This document shows, one piece after another, positions 1-10,701 of a DNA stretch of 64,000 bases. The translations under genes and the position numbers were made by a program. The first letter of the stretch is position 1. Each line of letters opens with the position of its first letter. Source of the DNA: Synechococcus sp. (GTDB taxonomy: Bacteria > Cyanobacteriota > Cyanobacteriia > Thermostichales > PCC-7336); assembly GCA_051439425.1 (NCBI GenBank), contig JBFRWD010000110.1, positions 1 through 64,000 of the forward strand. Reading direction: 5' to 3'. Below the pieces are notes generated by a model. That model made no database searches. It saw only the letters and a program-made list of their open reading frames with translations, and was not told the DNA's origin.

Positions 1-91
1 CCTGCATCGGAGGGCTAGTGCGAATTTTGCGAGCCACATCGCCAAAAAATCGCATGGCTTGGTCGTATTGTCGGGTGGAAATGAGTCCCAT
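1..91 (-). CDS. 5' end of a gene running off the window edge (MGLISTRQYDQAMRFFGDVARKIRTSPPMQ...), function unknown
   Basis: ATG at 91-89, open to position 1, AGGAG upstream on minus strand; not in ORF track. Confidence 0.4.
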   Translation of the reverse strand, partial: MGLISTRQYDQAMRFFGDVARKIRTSPPMQ

Positions 92-309
92 CAGTTTGGC
101 CCCAGTTACTCCTATTTAAACTCAGTCATTCTGTTAACCAGGGATGCAGACCGAGTGAATAATCATTACTCTCTTACGTTCCTCGGTCTTTGTCCATGCT
201 GCACATAAAAATTACACAGCAATTCCTGAACTGATTTAGCCGACTGTTTTGGAAGCTTTTTCCCGATCGGAACGAGTGGGAATGAACTATTACCACTACC
301 TTACTGGTG

Positions 310-1080
310 CTACGAAGACTCCTCCATTTCTGCCATCGCCACCACTAGCGCGGCATCCACTCGCCAGCCTTGCGACTCCAGTGCATATTGCGCGGCCGCT
401 ACTGTCGCCCCCGTCGTGTAAATATCGTCCACTAATAAAATGGGCCACCGCTGACGATCGCATGCATCCGCTACAAATGCTGTTTCAACATTCTTAGAGC
501 GTTCTTGGGCCGACAATCCAAATTGTGGTTGTGTCGCCTGCTGTCGGCGCAATAAGCGTAGGCGTAGGCGATCGCTGGTTACTCCACAAAACGCCCTTGA
601 AATGACCTCTGCTTGATTGAAACCCCGCTCTTGACGACGGACGGAATGCAATGGGATGGGTACAACCAGATAGGTCGGTTGCCGTGACGCTTTATTCACA
701 GAATTCGGTATTGTTATGCGCTTCCTTCGAGTAGGAGCCGATGCCTTCTTACGGTTATTTGGAAGCAACATTGGTTCGATTGCAGGATAGCCTGACAGCC
801 ATCTTTGCCCCATCCACCGCCCCAACGTCTCGCCAACTTCGGGGTGATGCTCGTATTTCAAGCTGCGCAATGCCCGACGCAGCGTGTCTCGATACACTCC
901 CCATCCAATGACTGGCAAAGATGTCTCTTCCGAGATTCTCAACTGCGACAGTCGCCAGTTCGCTTGCTTTACCGATCGCAGTTGGGCGGCACAATCTCGA
1001 CAAAAGCATCCATCCCCGCTAGCCGTGGGTCGCTGACAAAGAGGGCAAACAGGAGTGAACAGCCAGTCGAGCCAAGACAT
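310..1080 (-). CDS. comF: ComF family protein (Zn-ribbon + phosphoribosyltransferase-like)
   Basis: CPLC...CRDC N-terminus, PIPLH...RGFNQA, LLVDDIYTTGAT motif; start moved to MSWLDWLF. Confidence 0.9.
   Translation of the reverse strand: MSWLDWLFTPVCPLCQRPTASGDGCFCRDCAAQLRSVKQANWRLSQLRISEETSLPVIGWGVYRDTLRRALRSLKYEHHPEVGETLGRWMGQRWLSGYPAIEPMLLPNNRKKASAPTRRKRITIPNSVNKASRQPTYLVVPIPLHSVRRQERGFNQAEVISRAFCGVTSDRLRLRLLRRQQATQPQFGLSAQERSKNVETAFVADACDRQRWPILLVDDIYTTGATVAAAQYALESQGWRVDAALVVAMAEMEESS
568..575. repeat. HIP1 octamer GCGATCGC (example; dispersed through the whole window)
   Basis: copies seen e.g. at 568, 1348, 1746 and dozens more; hallmark of most cyanobacteria. Confidence 0.9.
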
Positions 1081-1358
1081 GGGTAAACTTTGTGATGGTA
1101 GAACGGGTCTACCAACGTACTCAAGATCAGTCAATATGGTGCGGGCAATTTTTAGGATTGTCGCTCCTGTTGCGAGCCAGTCCATCGTCTAGACCTTGAC
1201 TGAAACGCTGCCACAATACCTTGATAGATTGATTGTCTCGATGGGCTTAAAACTGATAAATGCGCGATCGGGGTTGGTAGTTGTAGAGCTTGAGCAAGTG
1301 TGGGGAGGGCGCCAAGAGCGAGCCGATCGCTTGCAGTTATGGAGAACGCGATCGCCCG

Positions 1359-2393
1359 ATGAAACGTTGGCCACTAGCTAAATATGGGTGGCACGAGATC
1401 CACAAGCACCTTGAGAATTCTCGACCCCTGAGACGGCGCGCCATTGCTCTGGCAGGCCGAGGGGTAATTTGGTGCTATCGACTGGTTCGCCAAGTGACGC
1501 GACAGGCAATCGCCAATCAAACCTCCACATCAGCCTCTGAAATGGCATTCAATGCCATGCTGTCGCTGTTCCCAACCATGCTGCTCATTGTTGCAGTGGT
1601 AGGACGGCTGGTGAGTTCTGGCCCTATGCTGGTGGACATTGCGGCGACCCTACTTCAGGTGGTTCCCGGCACGGTGGCTGCGCTTTTGGAGGAAGCGCTC
1701 CAGGAACTATCGGTAGGCGCAGATCGGCAGGTATTTTCGTTAGGTGCGATCGCTTTGTTGTGGGTGGCTTCAGCCTTCCTTGCTCCCGTTATCCGCGCTC
1801 TGAATAATTCCTACAAAGTACCGATTCACCTGCGACGTCCCTGGTGGCTCAATCGCCTGCTAGCTATTGGCATTTTTATCGGAACGGTCGGGTTGTTGCT
1901 CACCTCGTCTATTCTGCTGCTGGCCGGACACTCACTATTGAAGTTTGGAGCCGAGCGGGCAGGGTGGAACCAAATATTGGTTTCGGTGGGACAAATTGGA
2001 TTGTGGCCCGTTTCGATTGGCAGTGTTGTGTTAGCACTGGCATTTATTTACCGGTTGGCCCCATCGCAACAGCCTCGGTTTGCACCGGTGTGGCCAGGAG
2101 CGATCGCTGGCGGCACGATTTGGTTGGTGGTGTCTATTGGTTTTCGACTATACGTGCGCAGTTTTGGGCGGTACGAGGCCATCTACGGCAGTATCGGAGC
2201 CATCATTGTTTTGCTTCTGTGGCTCTATCTCAGTTCCTTTGGAATTTTGTTGGGGGGAGAGGTCAATGCTGCAATTCATCAGTTGAGGATGCAGCACAGG
2301 CGGCGCATTGAAGAAGAGCTGCTTGAAAAGGGGGGAGGTCTTCCCAGTCAACCTCAGTTGCCACCAGCCAATTATCCCGTTCAGCGAAAGTAA
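1359..2393 (+). CDS. YihY/virulence factor BrkB family membrane protein
   Basis: AFNAMLSLFP, ALNNSY, PGAIAG, YGSIGAIIVLLLWLYLS...LGGEVNA motifs; start uncertain (1290 or 1359). Confidence 0.9.
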   Translation: MKRWPLAKYGWHEIHKHLENSRPLRRRAIALAGRGVIWCYRLVRQVTRQAIANQTSTSASEMAFNAMLSLFPTMLLIVAVVGRLVSSGPMLVDIAATLLQVVPGTVAALLEEALQELSVGADRQVFSLGAIALLWVASAFLAPVIRALNNSYKVPIHLRRPWWLNRLLAIGIFIGTVGLLLTSSILLLAGHSLLKFGAERAGWNQILVSVGQIGLWPVSIGSVVLALAFIYRLAPSQQPRFAPVWPGAIAGGTIWLVVSIGFRLYVRSFGRYEAIYGSIGAIIVLLLWLYLSSFGILLGGEVNAAIHQLRMQHRRRIEEELLEKGGGLPSQPQLPPANYPVQRK

Positions 2394-2414
2394 TATTCGG
2401 CTAAGTCGTATCTA

Positions 2415-2451
2415 CAACAGGAGTGCTCTCCCAAGGACAGCACTCCTGTTG
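2415..2451. terminator. perfect 13-bp hairpin between brkB-like gene and argD
   Basis: CAACAGGAGTGCT...AGCACTCCTGTTG. Confidence 0.55.
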
Positions 2452-2523
2452 CTATAGAGCCCCACTCAAGCAGCGATGCTAAACTCTGTGAACTGATTTC
2501 GTTTTCTCTATGGTGTCAAAACA

Positions 2524-3750
2524 ATGTCTCAACCTTTAGCCACTGCGGCACAGCCGCAATCCACTGCCGAACTCTTCGACCAACACGTCATGGGTACGTA
2601 TGGTCGCTATCCAGTGGAACTGGTGCGAGGTCGAGGCCGATGGGTATGGGATAGCCATGGAAATCAGTATCTCGATTGCGTCGCAGGCATTGCCACCTGC
2701 ACCCTGGGCCACGCCCATCCCGCCATGGTGGCAGCAATCACGCAACAAATGGAAACACTTCACCATGTTTCCAATCTCTATTACATTCGTCCGCAGGGAG
2801 AGCTAGCTGCTTGGCTGACTCAACATTCCTGCGCTGACAAGGTTTTCTTTTGTAATTCCGGTGCCGAAGCAAATGAGGGAGCCATCAAGCTAGCCCGCAA
2901 GTACGCTCACACCGTACGCAAGATTGACAACCCAGTCATCTTAACTGCCCATGCCAGCTTCCACGGGCGGACGCTGGCAACCATTACCGCTACCGGTCAA
3001 CCCAAATATCACAATGGTTTTGCTCCACTAGTCTCGGGGTTTGAATACATTCCGTTTAATGACATCGCCGGTACGCAGGCTGTACTCGATCGCATCGGCG
3101 AACACGTCTGCGCAGTCATGATCGAGCCGTTACAAGGGGAAGGGGGGGTAATCCCTGGAGATCGCGCCTATTTCCAATGGTTGCGGCAAACCTGTACCGC
3201 ACGCGGCATCTTACTGATGATGGACGAAGTGCAAGTGGGGATGGGTCGGTCTGGCAAGCTGTGGGGTCACCAGCAACTGGGCATCGAACCGGATGTGTTC
3301 ACGTTGGCGAAAGGCTTAGCTGGCGGTTTTCCGATTGGAGCTCTGCTCTGCAAAGACTCTTGCAATGCGTTTATGCCTGGAGACCATGCCAGCACATTTG
3401 GAGGCAATCCCTTAGCTTGTGCTGTTGGTCTGGCGGTGGCTCGGTTAGTCGAATCGGAAAGCTTAACTGACAATGCTCGCGATCGCGGGCAGCAATTGCG
3501 TCAGGGTTTGGCTACATTACTGGAAAAGTATCCTGCAGTTGTCGATAGCGTTCGCGGCTGGGGTTTGATTGACGGTTTGGTAGTCAAGATTCCGGCAGGA
3601 GACGTTGTGAAACAGGCGATCGCAGTCGGCTTATTGCTGGTTCCTGCTGGCAAGCATGTGGTGCGGCTAGTCCCTCCCCTGAACATCAAGGCAGAGGAAA
3701 TTGATATTGCTCTGGAGCGTTTGGAGCGGGCGATCGCCGCTTGTTCCTAG
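2524..3750 (+). CDS. argD: acetylornithine aminotransferase
   Basis: FFCNSGAEANEGAIKLARK, SFHGRT, DEVQVGMGRSG, AKGLAGG, HASTFGGNP. Confidence 0.92.
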   Translation: MSQPLATAAQPQSTAELFDQHVMGTYGRYPVELVRGRGRWVWDSHGNQYLDCVAGIATCTLGHAHPAMVAAITQQMETLHHVSNLYYIRPQGELAAWLTQHSCADKVFFCNSGAEANEGAIKLARKYAHTVRKIDNPVILTAHASFHGRTLATITATGQPKYHNGFAPLVSGFEYIPFNDIAGTQAVLDRIGEHVCAVMIEPLQGEGGVIPGDRAYFQWLRQTCTARGILLMMDEVQVGMGRSGKLWGHQQLGIEPDVFTLAKGLAGGFPIGALLCKDSCNAFMPGDHASTFGGNPLACAVGLAVARLVESESLTDNARDRGQQLRQGLATLLEKYPAVVDSVRGWGLIDGLVVKIPAGDVVKQAIAVGLLLVPAGKHVVRLVPPLNIKAEEIDIALERLERAIAACS

Positions 3751-3785
3751 TCTGTCTAGTTCCAGCCATACATCCATGAAACAGG

Positions 3786-3817
3786 CCGCGCAGAAAACAT
3801 CTAGCTGCGCGGTTTTT
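3786..3817 (+). terminator. rho-independent terminator after argD
   Basis: CCGCGCAG...CTGCGCGG followed by TTTTT. Confidence 0.6.
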
Positions 3818-3876
3818 GAGTTTTATTGAACGTTGATAAATGGCCGCTCGTGTAGCTACCGAGGAATTCCAAGGTT

Positions 3877-4344
3877 CTAGGAGAACAAGATTCTTTGCAC
3901 GATCTGCATTCCAGTGATTGCTTGCCAGCCAAAGATTCCCAGCATGGTGACGTTAGCGACAATGTGTAAGTTGCGAGCCCACTCTTTTCCCTGTTGCATA
4001 AAGGGAGACATCCCAGCGGCTACTACTACGAGTGCCATCATTCCCAGACCGGCTATCAGATGGGGGCCGACAAACAGCTTACCGTTGTTGATGTAGGTAA
4101 CAGCCATACCGCCCAACGTACTGCCAACGATCAGCACGAGGTAGAGGGAGCCGATCGCAAAGTGCTTCTGGGCAGGTTTTCCTTTAATAAGCTGCTTTCT
4201 CTCGTCTCCACGAGCAGAGCGAATTTTACGCACCTGCATCCCCAATTTGAGAGCATAAATTGCCATGCCCAAAACAGCCCACATCAAAACGGGGTGGGCA
4301 AACGTCATTACTTGCTCGATCGCAGGGGGAAGTTGAATATCCAT
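3877..4344 (-). CDS. DUF4079 family membrane protein (cytochrome b561-like His pattern)
   Basis: FAHPVLMW, H..IGS, NNGKLFVGPHL, ARNLH, WQAITGMQIV; start moved to MDIQLP. Confidence 0.8.
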   Translation of the reverse strand: MDIQLPPAIEQVMTFAHPVLMWAVLGMAIYALKLGMQVRKIRSARGDERKQLIKGKPAQKHFAIGSLYLVLIVGSTLGGMAVTYINNGKLFVGPHLIAGLGMMALVVVAAGMSPFMQQGKEWARNLHIVANVTMLGIFGWQAITGMQIVQRILFS

Positions 4345-4783
4345 GGTGCTATTGAAGAGAGAAGACAGAGGTTCTGGCTCGTTATTGCCTGCGAGTGCCA
4401 TATGAAAGTCAGCTCTAGGTGCGACATCCACACTGCAGCGAACTACCAGACTATTCGACTGTAACAGTTTGTTACAGTCTCGAGGCGTTTCTTGAGCGTG
4501 GGAAGTTGAAGCCTGTTAGCTGAGCGACCTCAATGTCGATCTGCTAACTCACATGCAGTGATTGCGATCGCCACAACTCAACTCGTTTCCAGCGCTTTCT
4601 CATTCAAGTCTTCCGCCAAACTCACTTTGAGAGGCTACGATTCCTACAAGCTGCGTGTTAGGTCTTGCTGACCGGCTTGATATTCCTGGTGTTGAGTGCG
4701 CTGGTGATGGATAGCTGAGAGAGTCAACATTTGTCGGGTCTATTTCGGCAGAAGCAGCATCGCCCCTTATCGAACGTGTATTC

Positions 4784-6859
4784 ATGAACGCTTCGGCCCC
4801 CGACGAACAGCGAAAGTTCCGGTTTGATCGCCAATTATGGGATCGGTTTATCCGTATTGCTCAGCCTTACTTCTTTCCACTCGGTAAAGGGAATACGGTC
4901 AAGTTCCTGGGGCTTATTGTCGTCATGCTAGTGGCGGTCATTGCATTCACGTTTTTGCTGACTATCGGTGTTACATTTCTGGGGAAAGTTATCTTCCCCA
5001 ATAGTTTTTTTGAAACAGTAGCAGCCGATTTTGCGGGTCAAATCGATGCATTTCTAGAGCAGAGGCTACATATTGGAGCCGCGGCTGTCTTGGCAGCATG
5101 CTTAATTATTTTTGGACTGCACTCCCAGCAACTGAAGGGGCGGTGGTTCCAATGGGGAATGCTCACATTCATTGTTTTTCTGCTTTTTGCCGTTAATGGA
5201 CTGAATGTCTGCCTTAGCTTTATATTTCGTTTTCTGGATACAACCCTGACGTTATTCACCGGCGACCCAGAACTGCGTAATGCTGAAGCTGCAGTAGCCG
5301 AGCAAATTCAGGCTGTGCACCAGGAGCAGTTTTGGAATTTCCTCTGGTTTTACGGCGTGATTTTAGTAGTTGCCGTTCCCATACTGGTGACTTACTCATT
5401 TGTACGCCGACAACTAAATCTAAGGTGGAGAAAATGGCTGACCCAACACTTTTTGGTGCGATATTTTGATGGCCGTGCTTACTATGAATTAGATTCAAAT
5501 TCTTCTAATACGGAGATTGACAACCCGGATCAAAGAATCTCAGAGGACATACGATACTTCTCATCAGAAACACTATCAGTTACGTTAGATGTCCTCGATT
5601 CTGTCCTTACCCTGTTATCGTTCACAGCAATTTTGTATCGGATATCATCTCAACTCTCATATGCACTCGGGGGCTATGCGATAGTAGGGACTGTCATCAT
5701 CACTGTGATTAGCGCTCGCCTGATTAAAATAAATTTCATGCAATTGCGTCTTGAGGGAGACTTCCGATATGGGTTGGTGCATGTTCGCGACAACGCTGAG
5801 GCTATTGCTTTTTACCAAGGTGAAGCTCCTGAGTACAATCAGGTATCAACCCGTTTGAATGCATTGATTAAAAATGCAAATTTATTGATCATTTGGGAAT
5901 CCCTGATAGCAGCAATCAATAGGTCCTATAATCTGTTTGCCCGTCTTATTCCCTATGCATTTGTTGCTCCAATGTTCTTTGCTGGGGATGTTGATTTTGG
6001 GACTATTGGTCAATCAAACTTCGCATTCTTTCAAGTATTTGGCGCACTCTCTTTGATTGCCAACCGGATTGAGTTCCTAGCACGATTTGCAGCAAGTATC
6101 GGTCGATTGGGTGAGTTTTATGAAGCATTTGACGATCCAGCCCATTGTGCGGACAAGACAGAAACTCACCAAATTAAGGCTCAGGATAGTGCTAGTTTGA
6201 AGGTCACCAACCTCACTCTTAGGACGCCAAACTCCGAGCAGGTACTCACTGATGGTCTGAATGTTTCGCTCGATCCTGGTGATTGTTTGTTAGTTGTAGG
6301 AGCTAGTGGGTGCGGGAAGAGTTCGTTGATGCGAGCGATCGCTGGATTGTGGAACAACGGTACCGGCACCATCAAACGACCTCCCCGAGAAGACACTGTA
6401 TTTCTGCCCCAAAAGCCTTACATGCTGTTGGGGTCGTTACGAGAGCAGTTGACCTATCCCAGTCCCCCCAGCAGCTATAGCGACGACGATTTAAGAGGGG
6501 CACTGGCAGAAGTCAATCTTGAAGAATTGCCCGAACGCTTCGAGGGCTTTGATGCAATAGAAGACTGGACGGACGTTCTATCATTGGGGGAACAGCAGCG
6601 GTTGGCATTCGCCCGCATTCTTCTGTCTCGTCCCAAATACGCTATTCTCGACGAATCCACCAGCGCCCTAGATGTTGCCAACGAGCGTATGCTTTACGAG
6701 TTGCTGATGCGTAAAGGCATCACTTACATCAGCGTTGGCCACCGCCCCAGTCTGCTGGAATTTCATCCCAAGGTACTGCAAATGGAGAAGCAGGATCGCG
6801 GACATATGTACAGTGCCGGTGAATATCGCGAAATCTTAGTCAGCGAAATGAACATCTGA
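4784..6859 (+). CDS. fused ABC transporter permease/ATPase, ABCD/YddA/SbmA-BacA-like family
   Basis: IDNPDQRISED, EGDFRYGLVHVRDNAEAIAFY, Walker A GASGCGKS, LSLGEQQRLAFAR, LDESTSALD. Confidence 0.92.
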   Translation: MNASAPDEQRKFRFDRQLWDRFIRIAQPYFFPLGKGNTVKFLGLIVVMLVAVIAFTFLLTIGVTFLGKVIFPNSFFETVAADFAGQIDAFLEQRLHIGAAAVLAACLIIFGLHSQQLKGRWFQWGMLTFIVFLLFAVNGLNVCLSFIFRFLDTTLTLFTGDPELRNAEAAVAEQIQAVHQEQFWNFLWFYGVILVVAVPILVTYSFVRRQLNLRWRKWLTQHFLVRYFDGRAYYELDSNSSNTEIDNPDQRISEDIRYFSSETLSVTLDVLDSVLTLLSFTAILYRISSQLSYALGGYAIVGTVIITVISARLIKINFMQLRLEGDFRYGLVHVRDNAEAIAFYQGEAPEYNQVSTRLNALIKNANLLIIWESLIAAINRSYNLFARLIPYAFVAPMFFAGDVDFGTIGQSNFAFFQVFGALSLIANRIEFLARFAASIGRLGEFYEAFDDPAHCADKTETHQIKAQDSASLKVTNLTLRTPNSEQVLTDGLNVSLDPGDCLLVVGASGCGKSSLMRAIAGLWNNGTGTIKRPPREDTVFLPQKPYMLLGSLREQLTYPSPPSSYSDDDLRGALAEVNLEELPERFEGFDAIEDWTDVLSLGEQQRLAFARILLSRPKYAILDESTSALDVANERMLYELLMRKGITYISVGHRPSLLEFHPKVLQMEKQDRGHMYSAGEYREILVSEMNI

Positions 6860-7139
6860 ATCATTGGCTCTGTCCTGCTCACCTACCGCCAACCGCCGCG
6901 CAACCTTGAGAGGTCCTATTCGGGGATCGTTGCGATCTCCACCTCGTAAACATCTAGATCGCTAACCGACATTGCCAGTCTCTAGAGCTTCTTGTCCGAG
7001 GAGATCGGGTCATTCATGCGCCAGCAAGACTCGTTAAAGAACGTGATACCATCTGGGAAAATTTACTCTGTTGCAAAAGCGGACACACCCATTTGCTCTT
7101 CGCTCATCTGCATTACATATAAGTAGGCAAGGCGCTGTT

Positions 7140-8210
7140 ATGGATCGCTCCCTCACAAACTTCCGTCGCGACTTGCCCGATCCTCTACCTGTCGGGGTTA
7201 TCGGTGTCGGCAATATGGGCCAGCACCATGCTCGCGTTCTTAGCCTCATGAGTGGGGTTAAGGTGGTTGGCATTGCTGACGTTAACGTCGATCGCGGTCA
7301 AGTGCTTGCCGACCGCTACGATGCAAAATTTTTTCCAGACTACAAGGACCTTCTGCCCCACGTCGCTGCGGTCTGTATTGCGGTACCGACGGTGTTGCAC
7401 CACGAAGTCGGCAGCAACTGTCTATCCGCTGGGGTTCACGTCCTCATGGAGAAGCCTCTGGCAGCCAGTATTCACGAGGCAGAAGATCTCGTTAAGCTGG
7501 CCGCCAAAAAGCATCTCACTCTACAGGTTGGTCATATCGAGCGGTTCAACCCAGCCTTCCAAGAGCTTTCAAAAGTACTGCAAAGCGAGGAGTTACTGGC
7601 GATTGAAGCCCATCGCATGAGCCCCTACTCATCGCGAGCCAATGATGTCTCCGTCATTTTTGACCTGATGATCCACGACATTGACCTTCTGTTGGAATTG
7701 GTACCATCTCCTGTCATTGGTCTCACCGCATGCGGCAACAAATCGGCCCATTCCGGTTCAAAGTATTTGGACTACACCACTGCGACGATTCGATTTGCCA
7801 ATAACGTCGTTGCCACTCTTACCGCAAGCAAAGTTACCCATCGCAAGATCCGCTGCATTGCCGCTCATTGCAAGGAATCGCTGACTGAGGCTGATTTCCT
7901 AAATAATGAGATTCTCATCCACCGCCAAACCACTGCGGATTACGTCACCGAATACGATCAGGTACTATACCGGCAGGATGGATTAATCGAAAAGGTTTAC
8001 ACCAGCAATGTCGAACCACTGAGTGCCGAGCTGGAGCATTTCATCCAATGCGTGCGAGCAGGTAGCGAACCATCGGTGGATGGCGAGCAGGCACTGAAAG
8101 CCTTGAGATTAGCGAAAGAGATTGAAAGCTTGGCTCTCAATGGAGCCTGCGCAACTGCCGAGAAAAATGGCAAGTCACTAGGAGAACCCGCTACCGTTCT
8201 CACCACTTAA
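7140..8210 (+). CDS. Gfo/Idh/MocA family oxidoreductase
   Basis: VGVIGVGNMG, EKP, GHIERFNP, DLMIHDID; start 7071 or 7140. Confidence 0.9.
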   Translation: MDRSLTNFRRDLPDPLPVGVIGVGNMGQHHARVLSLMSGVKVVGIADVNVDRGQVLADRYDAKFFPDYKDLLPHVAAVCIAVPTVLHHEVGSNCLSAGVHVLMEKPLAASIHEAEDLVKLAAKKHLTLQVGHIERFNPAFQELSKVLQSEELLAIEAHRMSPYSSRANDVSVIFDLMIHDIDLLLELVPSPVIGLTACGNKSAHSGSKYLDYTTATIRFANNVVATLTASKVTHRKIRCIAAHCKESLTEADFLNNEILIHRQTTADYVTEYDQVLYRQDGLIEKVYTSNVEPLSAELEHFIQCVRAGSEPSVDGEQALKALRLAKEIESLALNGACATAEKNGKSLGEPATVLTT

Positions 8211-8319
8211 TCCCTGGCTTAATCCTTTTTCAACAGCTCTCTTTACTAGTCACCGCCCCCGAAAGGAAAACTGCAGGGTAAAACAGAGACTTCATCAGTC
8301 TCCTAGCCACGACCCAACA

Positions 8320-9186
8320 CTACATCTCTGCAATTTGATTCTTAATGGCTCCAGCCCGCTTTTCCGCGTCTTCGAACACTCGCACTGCATCCGTGAGCAT
8401 CTCTCCAGGTGATTTTTCCAGCACTTGAGTGGACAGCCCCACACGTCCGCGGGTCTCATCAACGCTGACAATGACCGCCTTCACCTCTTGTCCCATCTGG
8501 AATACTTCGTTGATGGCGCGCACGAAATTCTTGCTGATTTCCTTGATATGCAACAGTCCCGTTGTGCCTCCAAAATCAACAAACACACCGAAGGGTTTGA
8601 TAGAAACGACGTTTCCGGTCACTAGTTGACCGACAGCTAAATCTTGAGTCAGTTCTGCTCGGCGTGCCAGACGCTCGGATAGTACTAGTTTATTGGTGTC
8701 GGGATTTACCTCTATATACGACAACGTCAAAGTTTGTCCGACCAAGGCATCCATACTTTCGGGCTGCGAAAGATGCGATCGCGGCACAAATCCCCGCAAT
8801 CCTTCCAGCGACACCAGCGCACCACCTCGATTGAGCTTCGTCACAGTTGCCTGTACTGTTTCGCCATTTGCCTGGGCTTCTTGCAACTTGTCCCATGCTT
8901 TCTTCAGTTCCAACCGCCGCAGGGACAATGTCACCTGACCGTCAGCATCTTGACCGCGAATGACTAAAAATTCGCGCTCTTCATCCAGTTCTAATATCTC
9001 AGTCAGACTGGGAATGGATTTTAAGGACGCTTCTTTCAGGGGCAACATGCCCATTGATTTGCCACCAATATCCACAAAAGCCCGATCGCGATCGACCACA
9101 GCGACCCGACCGCTAACTACCTGACCCACTTCGAAGGAGTAGTCATAATTTTCCAGCGCTTGGGCGAAATCGTCGGTTGAAAACAT
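8320..9186 (-). CDS. 30S ribosomal protein S1 homolog B (three S1 domains)
   Basis: VDIGGKS, GLRGFVPRSHL, KPFGVFVDFGG..GLLHI S1 repeats; 288 aa cyanobacterial short S1 paralog. Confidence 0.85.
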   Translation of the reverse strand: MFSTDDFAQALENYDYSFEVGQVVSGRVAVVDRDRAFVDIGGKSMGMLPLKEASLKSIPSLTEILELDEEREFLVIRGQDADGQVTLSLRRLELKKAWDKLQEAQANGETVQATVTKLNRGGALVSLEGLRGFVPRSHLSQPESMDALVGQTLTLSYIEVNPDTNKLVLSERLARRAELTQDLAVGQLVTGNVVSIKPFGVFVDFGGTTGLLHIKEISKNFVRAINEVFQMGQEVKAVIVSVDETRGRVGLSTQVLEKSPGEMLTDAVRVFEDAEKRAGAIKNQIAEM

Positions 9187-9409
9187 GCAGGTATCCGCAA
9201 AGCTGAAACGTAAGAGTGAGATAACGCAAGTGCCATGAAGCAGGTGCTCCCGGACACGTGGCGCACATAAAACTCTAGCAACAGTTTTTCGCCATCTCCT
9301 GCATTCCCTTCAAAATTCTTAAGTCCAAGGGCAGCAAATGATGGTCCCAGATTTAGATAAGAGCCTGGAAGGACGAGCGATCGGCGTAGAATGAGGGGCA
9401 CAGATCCGA

Positions 9410-9733
9410 GTGGAGAGTCAGAATCCCGTGCCCAAGCCTGTAGTAACTGGAGGATGGCCAGAAGAAGCTTTCGTTGGAGACGTGCTGGTGTGCACGTTTG
9501 AAGGCGAGCACTTGGATACGGTGACAGATGTGAAGGTTGCTCCTGCAGCCAAAGGGGTTGTAACAACGTTGGGGGACCCGCACAACCGACTGTCCGATGA
9601 ACCCCAGAAGTCCGGCACAGCACTAACGGTCACCATCGAAGTTGGTTATTCGGTATATCCGGGGGAAAAGCGGATCGAGTTGATATCGGCAGAAGGGGCA
9701 AGCAACCCCCTTCCGTTCTTGATCATGATGTAA
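9410..9733 (+). CDS. small hypothetical protein, probable single IPT/TIG Ig-like domain
   Basis: P.V...WP....G....TFEG...V...LTVTIEV...PG...IEL...G.SN..PF beta-strand pattern; GTG start with upstream GAGGGG. Confidence 0.55.
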   Translation: MESQNPVPKPVVTGGWPEEAFVGDVLVCTFEGEHLDTVTDVKVAPAAKGVVTTLGDPHNRLSDEPQKSGTALTVTIEVGYSVYPGEKRIELISAEGASNPLPFLIMM

Positions 9734-9845
9734 GAGGTCACACCAAGTGTTCGAGCCAAGTGATGTCGGTCGATGATGCGCCTGCTTGAAGCCAATAGCC
9801 TCAACCCTATCGCACCACTTTGGGGACATGGCACTAACCCACTGG

Positions 9846-10592
9846 CTACCAAGCCAAATCATCATTGGTTAATCCCTCGACCTCGCCGTCATCTCCGTAT
9901 GTCAGCCACAGGCTCGTGGTCAGTAGTCCCAGAGATATCCCCCCTAGCAAAGCCCCCCAAAACCAGAATGGAAGAAATAATTCTTGGGCAATTTGTCCCG
10001 AATCCGAAAGCAAGAACTGGCCGTCAATCTGCACAGCCCGTGTAAATAAGTAGCTCAGTTGGTTATAGGTACTGACGCAAGCTTGAACCCCCAAAAACGG
10101 CAACGCAAACTCTCGTAACCATTTAGGCCCCCAGATTGCGATTGCTCCAATACCTGCAGCCCAGCTCACGATCGCGATCGCCCCAAACAGCGTCCTTATC
10201 CATATCAGTGAAACGAGCAAAGCTGCGACCAAGATTCCTAAACTCCATCGACTGAGATTGGGCCATCGAGCTGCAACGATCAGCCCTGAACCAGCGATCG
10301 CCGGTCCCAACGGCCCTCCAGCAGCCACCAATGCTCGTCCCAAGCGTCCCCCAAATACCGCTCCACCGTGGGTAGCAACTCCACTGCCATTGGCAAATAG
10401 CTCTAATTTCTGAAAAGTGCCCCCCAGCAACAATGCGGTTAATCCATGCCCCATTTCGTGGAACCACACGGACAGAATAGTAAAGGGATAAAGCAATTGA
10501 TGGCCGAAGGAAAGTTGCCAGATTGCGACTGTAGCAATCGCTGCTAGCACCAATAGGAGTAGAGCTTGTTGACGGGAAACCGTTTGGGTCAT
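9846..10592 (-). CDS. M50B family membrane metallopeptidase
   Basis: WFHEMGHG (HEXXH), AAGGPLGP, SDSGQIA; multiple TM segments. Confidence 0.88.
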   Translation of the reverse strand: MTQTVSRQQALLLLVLAAIATVAIWQLSFGHQLLYPFTILSVWFHEMGHGLTALLLGGTFQKLELFANGSGVATHGGAVFGGRLGRALVAAGGPLGPAIAGSGLIVAARWPNLSRWSLGILVAALLVSLIWIRTLFGAIAIVSWAAGIGAIAIWGPKWLREFALPFLGVQACVSTYNQLSYLFTRAVQIDGQFLLSDSGQIAQELFLPFWFWGALLGGISLGLLTTSLWLTYGDDGEVEGLTNDDLAW

Positions 10593-10701
10593 CGAGCAGG
10601 GTTGCAACAACTGGCCGATTTTAGCGATTGTCAGTCCCGTATTGGTATGGGAAAGCAGACATAAATTGAGAGCGGCACCTCATTAACTGACCGAGAGACC
10701 G

